From: Eukaryota sp. TZLM1-RC
Taxonomy: Eukaryota > Protista > Metamonada: BaSk clade
DNA length: 64,000 nucleotides
Assembly: GCA_040285825.1 (NCBI GenBank)
Contig: JAUPSS010000004.1
Coordinates: 3,851,658-3,915,657, forward strand
Reading direction: 5' to 3'
Shown: positions 12,424-20,976 of the stretch, one piece after another
Numbering within the stretch: position 1 is the stretch's first letter
Layout of the letters: every line of letters begins with the position of its first letter
Notes under the pieces: model-generated
What the model saw: only the letters and a program-made list of their open reading frames with translations
Database searches by the model: none
Told to the model about the DNA's origin: nothing
Translations under genes and position numbers: made by a program

Positions 12424-13342
12424 GTTTGCCTGGTTTTGTGCCAGTTTATCGGTACATCTCCACCATTTACATGTGCTTGTTCCACTGCCAACACATTCAG
12501 TGAAGCATTTCGGGTGAAATTGTATTGTTTTCACTTTGTCCAAACAATTCCGTGAATTATTTCAAAAGTATATGTCTATTAGCACACATTACGAAGACAT
12601 TGCTGCAGTGAGATTTGATGGTGAAAAAGTGGGTTCTAAAAATATTTCCTCCTCGATTGTGTTTGCAATAATTGGATCGATGAATAATAATTCCATAATA
12701 AATTGTGGTCAGTAACACAAGATCTTTAAATTTCTAAAACTTTGTGATTGTCAAATTTTGGTAAATGTTTGTGGATAGAGTTTTACAGTTTTGACATGTG
12801 GAGCATTCATCAAATGCAAGCATATATTCTCAAGCAAAAAACTGAAAAATTGTTGTTACTAAAGCTTGTTCAACACTGTGAACAAGCATATGAAGGACTT
12901 TGATTCTCATGACTGATTATGAGAAAAACAGCTTTTTAGAAACAAACAATACAATGCATGTATTGGATTTTCAAAAGAACAGAATTGAATGTATGGATCA
13001 TCAACCTGTTACTTCAGCAAAGTTTTCTGTACGCTTTGAAAAGGCTGATACGTTCATGAGGCAAAATTCATAGCTGGTGAAATGCCATTGTTGCTCCAAT
13101 GGTTACAGGAACGATTTTTCGTTTTCTGTGGGTCACTTCTTTCATACATCATCACTGGTGGTTTGGGGTATTTGTCAAGTATATGCAGTAAATGGTACGC
13201 TTTACCATTTTTCTTTGTTTATTATTTCAAATACCATCATTTTATTGCAATATTAGCATAATGTATTGAATTAGTGCTTCTGAGCTACCATCAGGAATTA
13301 GTGCTTTGGTATTAATTTCTAATTGCTTTTTTGAAGATCTTT

Positions 13343-14062
13343 ATGATCTCTTTTGTGATTTGGATGATCCTTCTTATTGCATGTCTGGTGCTTATTGCTA
13401 CTGCTGAAGATATTCACCTTTCAGTCAATGAATCAGCAGAAAAATTCATCTTATGGTCCAAATCCGACGCCTGGATACCATTATCACCATCACAAGCATC
13501 CAACGTGTATATTCAAGGTAGGAGCAAGGATTTGGTGGTGGTTCTGGACAAGGATGTATCTATCATGTCGCTGCACCTCAGGAATGTCATTCTCCAACTT
13601 AACACCTCATCACTTACTGTCAAGGGTCTTACCTGTCTATCCAGAGCCGAAATCCATTCTTTGAACTACGATCTTTCTTCAATTTCAACACAATTTCTTC
13701 AATTTGTAGGAAAAGAGAACATAGTCAATTCCACCCTCATTATTGGTTCTCGCACAGGTGTTACAGAACATAATCAGCATATTCCAGATTGTGGTGCTCA
13801 AATAGTTGAATTACATTCTAGTATTACAAAACAAAGGTCATCATCCGTTAAAACTGCAAAGAATTTATTGCTCTCAATGGATATCCTTATTTTGCTTGTT
13901 GTGCCGTTTACTTTCATTGTTTTAGTAGTAGTTAACTTGTCGCAATTCATTAAAATTCGACAATTGAAACGTCAAATTTCCAAGATTCAAGAAGACTTCG
14001 TCAAGTTGTGTCCTAAATGTATTACACCAATGGTCTATCATTGGCACCTTCAGATAAAGTGA
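13343..14062 (+). CDS. Uncharacterised single-pass membrane protein
   Basis: First ATG at 13343. Hydrophobic N-terminal signal-like segment and a C-terminal TM (ILILLVVPFTFIVLVVV) followed by basic residues. Confidence 0.6.
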   Translation: MISFVIWMILLIACLVLIATAEDIHLSVNESAEKFILWSKSDAWIPLSPSQASNVYIQGRSKDLVVVLDKDVSIMSLHLRNVILQLNTSSLTVKGLTCLSRAEIHSLNYDLSSISTQFLQFVGKENIVNSTLIIGSRTGVTEHNQHIPDCGAQIVELHSSITKQRSSSVKTAKNLLLSMDILILLVVPFTFIVLVVVNLSQFIKIRQLKRQISKIQEDFVKLCPKCITPMVYHWHLQIK

Positions 14063-14859
14063 AGTGATTCATACTTTTTGTTGTAGTTCTGATACTACTT
14101 TACTATCAGTCAACCATCAGACAAAACATTTGGTAACCATTTGGTTTGGTTTGGAAGAACCCTACACCGTCACCATATTTTTCAATTCACATTTACTACT
14201 CGTACAAGATAAGTTATCCGTCACAGTTTTTTTTCATGGAGTTTTCTTTTTCTCATCCATAATATGATTCAGATCTCAGTTGTGTTTGAGTTAAGATTCT
14301 CAAGATATTCAATACCATGAAAATCATAAAGCTGCTCTGTAGCTACTCATTAAACACTTTTCAACACCCTTTCATTGTGTTTAAGACAGTTAACCTCAAC
14401 AAAGCAGCACAGCCCTCACTCCTAGAATACACATCTACCAAGGGAGATTAAACCGGTTTTTCTGAGAATTCTTCTCAAACCCATACATTTCAAACCTAGT
14501 GTTGGTTGCTTTCCGTTTTTCGATTTGTACTTACCTTTCAGTCCCCAAAGTTAATACTCATATTTTTATCATTCTAATGGGCCTTTAATTTGTTGATTTC
14601 GCTGACATCACTTTTGTGTTGGTTTATTTACTTGTAACGTCTAAACAGAGTGTGGGGGCAAATGGTGCTGAGCAATTCATTATGGACGAATTTAATTCGA
14701 TATACTTCTTGATTTGTTTATTTTCTAGAAATTTCGTGAGAATTCTGATATCCTGTGAAACATTTCCACGAACAACTGATAGAATTCCACATTCTGCGTT
14801 TACTGGACTAATGCAATAACGGAATTCAAAGGTGTTGAGGCATAGTTTTTCTTTCAACA

Positions 14860-15305
14860 CATTGATTTATTCCAACAAAAAACTAAGCAGCAGACTCAAA
14901 ATTCGAAATCTTCATACCCCAACTCAGCCAAAAAGAATTTACTGGAAGTTTTTGTTTCGTAAAATCGACCAGGAGATATCAAAGCAGAAAATAACAAGGG
15001 GATAATGTTATTAAAAATAAGAAAAAAAAACAATTCTGTTCTGCCAAAACATTTTGTCAAAAACTCTTCCTGTACGCTGTTTCACAAATTCAATAAAATC
15101 ATCCAAGAAAGATACATCAATGGAAAGTGATGAAATGTTTACAATTAAACAGATGTTTTGGAGAAATTTTTGATCCATTTTTACAAATGAACGATGTTTT
15201 AAAAGAATACCTCAAATTTTGTAGCGTTCTAGGTGGTATCTCGTGTACGTTATCAGGAAAACATTTACTCCAAATGTTAGGGGGCAAACAATTGAGAGCA
15301 TTTTC
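14860..15305 (-). mobile_element. Internally deleted 3' fragment of non-LTR family B
   Basis: IWSKCFPDNVHEIP..HLFNC and FWQNRIVF..LGYEDFEF are homologous to 33608-34501. Confidence 0.8.
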
Positions 15306-15353
15306 ATGGCGCATGCCAACTATGACTAGATGTTACTAGTCAGTAAAAATAAA

Positions 15354-17610
15354 CTAAGTTCTAAGATAAACAGGCCTACCTTCTTCACCGGATAACCAGT
15401 GATCAAATACATTCAACATATTCAAACAAGCCATCTTGTTCCTATTCCAATACTTTGCCTTGACTGCTTCTCTACTTTCTGACTTTTTACATCGTGCTTT
15501 TGCATCATTAATACACTGAGAACTTCTACATTCCAAAAGCCCATGAGGAAATTTGAACGGTGTTTTTTCAGCACTTTTAGGAATTGGATTCCTTGTTTTG
15601 ATAGTTGTTTCAAACACTTTTTCAAAGCAAGAAGGACACTTTGAAGAAGTATGGCTTTCATCAATTAGAACAGTTTGAAAACCTCGTCTAAGAAAACAAC
15701 TTATCCATCTATTGGAAGGAGTTGGGGGACTATGTTTGAGATTACTGATTGGTTTACGACCCAAGTCCCCAATACACAATACCATTTTGTCTTTACCACC
15801 GAATGTTGTCAATAACTTGTTCACAATTCTTTCTTCAGTGTTTTTCCTATGGATAAAACTTTGGATATTATGTATCCTCCATAAGGGTAAACTATAAAAT
15901 TGTTTCACTGCATTGTAGTGTTTACACTTGGCCAACATAAACTCTCTGAATTTGTGGTAATCAACAGTTTTTGAATCATGATCACGTAACCACGAATTCC
16001 ATTCCTCAATGGTCATTGTCTGGTCTTCACTAATACGATTATTTTGTCTAACACAAAATTGTAACACTTGTTTGTGTTTTCTATTCACCATATGTTAGCC
16101 TCATCCATTCATATTTTTTCAGTGGATTTGAATTGGATTCTTCCGACTGTGCTCCAAACTGAATTAAATCTCTCTTTCCAAGATCACCAAAAACCACATT
16201 TTTATCACTATAATCTTCAGGATCAAGGTGATCAAAATAAGAGACTGAAACCTTGGCAATATTTGAATCAGGTTTAAAGGTTAATCCTGCGAAATCTTCT
16301 CTCACAAACTGAAAACAAATACTTATACCATTGGTTACTGCGTAATTATTGAATTTGAAACCATTTTTTTGAAAGATTTGTTATTAGTGTTGAACCATCT
16401 GTTCCAATAAGAATTCTGTTGATTGTGAGTTAGACTACCAATATCAGATATATACATATAATTTTGGACTTGTTTAAATCGAGGTTTACCATCTAAATTA
16501 CCCATAGCATTTTTCCCAATACCCCACAATGTTCGCATGTCTATTGGAAAGTATCCAGGTTTACTACCCATATTAAGTGGAATGACATTAAACAATTTTG
16601 CTTCAATTCCTTCTAAATATTGAATTATTTGAAATGATGGTTTCAGAAAATGTAAAGGATACTTTTCAAGGGTGTATTGCAGTATTTTAACTTGCACATT
16701 TTCTGTTCCATTGCCCTCATTAATTTGGATAATATTTGGGAAAATTATAGACAACCAGTGCTCCAATAATAATGTAACACCTTCTTCCATCAAATAATTT
16801 GTGATTTCAAACACAACATCGGTTGTAGAATTATCAAAATATTTAATAACTTCTTGTAAAAAATATACATTAGATGGGTGATCAGAATTTCCAAAATTTT
16901 GCAAGTAATTAATTAATTCAATTCGCTTCCCACCAGTCATAAAATCCTTCACAATTTTCTAACGAAATCTAAAGAAACTGAGAAATCTTTGGCGTTGCAT
17001 ATAATTCAAATGTTGCAAACTATCTGGAAGAACTTCTGTCCAATTTTCCTTCATTAGATCTTACAAATCTTTTTTTCCCATTATATGATTAATGAACCTC
17101 TTGATATATAAATGATAATTTCTTTTGATATTCAGTTCAAAAGCAGGCCACATTTCATATTGACTCATGTATTCAAATGATCTATTTACATGGTTATAAT
17201 CTAGTCTAGGCATATGGCAAATTGATGAAGTGTCGGTGTATTCAGTGAGACAATGGCGATACCCAGGGAATTCAGAGTTGTTATCATAAGTTCCTAACCC
17301 AAAAATAAAGTTGTTCAAATCATCACTTAACGTTGGTATTGGTTTATCGAATGCTAATTTAAACCGATGCACCTTTGAAGATAATTTTTTCAAACATATC
17401 ATTGTGTGATAGAATAATTTGTAGTCAAAATTTGTTAAATCTTCGCTCTTCATGAATTTGACTAAAAGATACTGTTTGACACAAAATGAAGTTTGTTGTC
17501 TTACAGCAGTCATTATCTCAGATGCTATAAGTAACTCTTCTAGTAATTCTCTATACCTTGCTGTAGATGAAACAGAGGTCTTTACTGTAGACCATGACTG
17601 ATTTATTATT
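15354..17610 (-). pseudogene. Fanzor1 #1 (complete REC/WED plus RuvC and zinc finger), disrupted by stops and 1-nt frameshifts
   Basis: STVKTS; FELNIKRNY..IKRFIN; YTLEKYPLHFL..KLFNVIPL..GYFPID; TNG (equivalent to TDG); RuvC-I FGDLGKRDL (D at 16183-16185); IGD; RuvC-II LIDESHTSSKCPSC; HGLLEC..C; RuvC-III WNRN (D to N); terminal RPVYL. Confidence 0.93.
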
Positions 17611-18420
17611 TTATCCCTTTGGAATAGAATAAACAATTTGAAAACTAGAATTGCATCCTGAAGACAATAAGATCCTAATGTTCTCAATGGTTTATTTGAA
17701 TAGAGGCTATCAACAGGTAATAAATTTTTAAACTCATCATGAAGTTTAAGTTTTGTTTCAGCAAGTACATGGTATGCTAAATTGTTCAATGAAGCTCCAT
17801 ATCTAATTTTGATAAATTTTCTGGCAAACAAAAAAGTGTCCAAAATAGTGAAATTTTCATAAAACTGAATTACTTCTCTCCAACGTCGATGAAGATATAA
17901 TTCATTTAGACCAATTCATTGGGACAAAATTGGAAAAGTTATTCCAAAATGTGATAATCGCACAGCCAACACAGGTAAATCAAAATTAAAAATATTATGG
18001 CCTAAGAAACCAACAATTTTTTTTATCATAAGTGAATTCTGCAAATGACTTCAATAGATGTTGTTCATGATCAAATTTATTCAATGAAACATCAAAAACT
18101 GGTTTGTTATCATTGGTCCATGATAACACTCGTCTCGTTCCCTCTAAATTAGCAACATAATTTATACTCGAGGAATGGAAAATAGTATCCCCATTATGGT
18201 CAATTTCAAACAAAATCATAGAAATCATTAAAATTTCGTGCCGTTCTAAAAAACCTGTTGTTCTAACAATTGCTCATCATCAGTCATTTGGCGACGTCGC
18301 TCTGACTATGATTGCTTTTGTTGAGCTCGCAAATTGTCTAAAGTTTTATTAATATCTTTTTTCTTGGTTATTTCAACACCAATTTCCTTGGTTTCAATAT
18401 CAATTGAACAAATAAGAGGG
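17610..18420 (-). pseudogene. PolB-type DEDDy 3'-5' exonuclease domain fused to Fanzor1 #1
   Basis: ExoI SIDIET (18390-18401), HEILMIS, FDHEQHLLKSF, ExoII GHNIFNFDLP (about 17975-18003), ILDTF, SLNNLA..L and ExoIII YCLQD (17655-17669). ExoIII lies in the same ORF as the Fanzor N-terminus. Confidence 0.9.
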
Positions 18421-18956
18421 CGATCAGAGGTACTAACTTTTTGATTAAGGACAGGATCATCAATAAAAGGTTTCTTTTTAACCTTTTTCTTCTTTCCCCG
18501 AATCACATCAATTTTTTTAAATTCATTAACACTTGAAACAGAAGATTTAGGTGCAACAAGATTTTGAAAATCTCTGGGTTTCTGAGGCAGTTCAGTACTA
18601 CCTCTACTTTGGACAAACCTACGTCGACTCCTCTTTGATGAATGTTCGACCGGAATCAGAAATCTTTGACTGTTTCTTAATGATTTTGAATAACTCAATG
18701 ATTTTCTAATTTTGTTATATTTGGTCCTACGTTGTATTGGGGTCAAGGATGAATCTTTTCCAATTTGGGATAGTGTTGAAGGTTCTTGTTGCAGGCTGTC
18801 TTGCTGATTGGAAGAAATCACGGCAGAAGTGATTGGTCTCATATTTTTTACAGAAGAAACAACCTTTGTGGGAACAACAGACGATGATGACCGTCTGACA
18901 GTTTTTGAAGGAGGGGTTGATTCCACTGATGACTTTCTCATTTTGGGCTGACAATA

Positions 18957-18986
18957 TGGACCAGGGTTCGCCTCTACATCACCATG
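18957..18986 (-). other. 2A ribosomal-skipping (StopGo) peptide #2
   Basis: QLLTEHGDVEANPGP matches the D(V/I)ExNPG/P consensus. Confidence 0.9.
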
Positions 18987-19650
18987 TTCTGTGAGCAACT
19001 GTTGTTTCAATGCTGCGCGGAACTGATATACATTGACTGAAATATTGGCTGTTTCCGTCAACATCTCGTTTAAAGAAACAAAGTTGTGATGATTTTCTAT
19101 AAAGTACTGTACATATTTCAAACAAAAAATTCCGCAATCATTCACACTTTGAACTCTAGGCACAGGAAAAATTTTAACACCATCAAGGCAACTTAAAATC
19201 ACTGCAAATTTGTGCAATACAGCTGCAATATTGTGAGATACTTCTTGACCTTGAGTAACCATGGAATCTATGGCACCACAATATAAATTATAGTCTTCGT
19301 TGTTCGGTTTTTTCAAAAAAACCCATGACATCAATAACTAAAACAATCCAATGATTTCCCATTCCTCCAGATTCTATGTCCATTGATGAGACAGTCTTAC
19401 CAAAGACATCATTGATTGGAATAATGACAAAGCGACAATTGTGATTGTTACGGATGGGTGTTATAATGTAATTACGCATGGTCCGAACCATTGACTCATG
19501 GTCATCAAGGAGAGCACTCTGAACCACATTCACATTCAAAATTGAAACATGATTGGATTGGATCATCCACTTGGCTGAAAAATAATTTATTACCTCATCT
19601 TCAACAAATTCCATTGGTTCTAATGATTTAATGGAGGAAAGATCGATCGA
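18987..19650 (-). pseudogene. Ulp1/SENP (peptidase C48, SENP8-like) cysteine protease domain with one frameshift
   Basis: EFVEDEVINYF, IIPIND..GG.GNHWIVLVI, AIDS and VQSVNDCGIFCL give His, Asp, Gln and Cys. The frameshift lies in the A7/T6 runs at 19308-19321. Confidence 0.88.
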
Positions 19651-19680
19651 GGGACCTGGATTTGCTTCTACGTCACCATG
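19651..19680 (-). other. 2A ribosomal-skipping (StopGo) peptide #1
   Basis: WVPDLTTHGDVEANPGP matches the 2A consensus. Confidence 0.9.
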
Positions 19681-19739
19681 CGTTGTGAGGTCAGGAACCC
19701 AGTCTGAAGATAATTCGCAAATAGTGGAAGAACCAATAG

Positions 19740-20805
19740 TGGAAGCATCAGTAACTATCATTGGATCATTATTGCTAGAAACAACAGTTTCTAAATGAAT
19801 AGTGAAATTAGTAGCAACAAAAAATTGAGATTGGCAATCAACAACAACTACTTCATCAGAATAATAATTGAAAAATACAAAGCAGCATAAATAATAAAGA
19901 ATGGATAACAAATCGACTATACAGATACATATAGTCAAATCTTTCTTCACCGTAATCAACAACAAACAGTCAAAAACTGAATGACTAATGATTAGGCAGT
20001 CGTTTATGTATCTATAAACAAAGACTCTGCCTTCAAGATTCTTAAATTCAACATTAGTTAGTTTGAGGTCAGAATTAGTTAATTCAAAGTGACCATCGTT
20101 AGCAGTAGAATGACGAACAAGAACAGTTTCTAAATCAATAATAGAATCAGTAGTAACAATAGATTGAGATTGACAACCAACAGCATCTACATCATCAAAA
20201 TCAACAATAGACTTAACAAGGGTAATAAGAGGTTCATCATTAGCACATCCACTAATGACTTTTCCATCAGAATCAACTGGACCTAAAGTTTTGACATTGG
20301 TGAAATCCAAGGTTGAGTCATCAGCATTGATGAATGAACCTGAATAAGAAGAAAAATTGATGAGAACCAAATTAGTTAAAGTAGTTTCTGCACTAGAATT
20401 GAAATCAATTAATCTGAAAACAGATGAATCAAGTACTTTAGAATCAACCAAAGTTACTTTACTGAAGGAAGTATTCAAAAGAGCTTCAGATGGAGTATCA
20501 ATATTTAAAAGTTGTACACACAAACCTTCAACTTTAGAACCACTCTTTATATCAAAAGCTTTAACTTCAAGATTGTTTAATTGGACATCAGTTGCAGTGA
20601 AGTCACAATTGGTTAATTCAACATGTCTAGAAGCTTGTGAATGCACTACATCAACATTAATAAAGGTAACATCTGCATTGTTAATACCAACAAGAGTTTG
20701 GGATAAATGACCAGTAAGTGAGGAGTAATAATAATAATAAGTGAGGGTAGTGGGGTTGGGGTTGGGGGTAGTGGGGGTGGGGGTGCTATTTGTGTGCTCA
20801 ATCAT
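19740..20805 (-). CDS. Beta-helix-like (pectin-lyase-fold-like) Thr/Ser/Asn/Val-rich segment in frame with 2A #1
   Basis: Repeated beta-strand patterns and an internal repeat (GCQSQSIVTTDSIIDLETV / DCQSQFFVATNFTIHLETV). The ORF is continuous into the 2A and the protease. Confidence 0.45.
20745..20783 (+). other. G-quadruplex-forming G-tract cluster
   Basis: gggtagtggggttggggttgggggtagtgggggtggggg contains five tracts of at least 4 G. It is preceded by (taa)5. Confidence 0.7.
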
Positions 20806-20976
20806 GGATTGTAAATCTCCAAAATAGGCGTATTCAGTGGAATTGTGACGCTTGGGAAGGAGTCATCCATGGACATCAGTGGTATGGTAGATAATGTAAG
20901 GAACACTTCGGGCAAAAACTGCCGTGAGAAGTAGTCAAGACAAGAAGTTTCATGGAGAAAGAAAAACAGAAGCGGA

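Noticed and set aside
15354-16305. Bacterial IS605 TnpB contamination
   Set aside because: The motifs and length are Fanzor1-type, there is no TnpA, and the sequence is embedded among eukaryotic genes and TEs.
19305-19325. Programmed ribosomal frameshift in the protease
   Set aside because: It needs a +1 shift. Similar 1-nt homopolymer indels and true nonsense codons occur throughout, so decay or sequencing error is more likely.
20745-20783. True telomere
   Set aside because: It has only a few irregular units at an internal position.
15354-20805. Polinton/Maverick or full DNA polymerase B
   Set aside because: No polymerase palm motifs, integrase, ATPase or capsid are visible, and ExoIII runs straight into the Fanzor.
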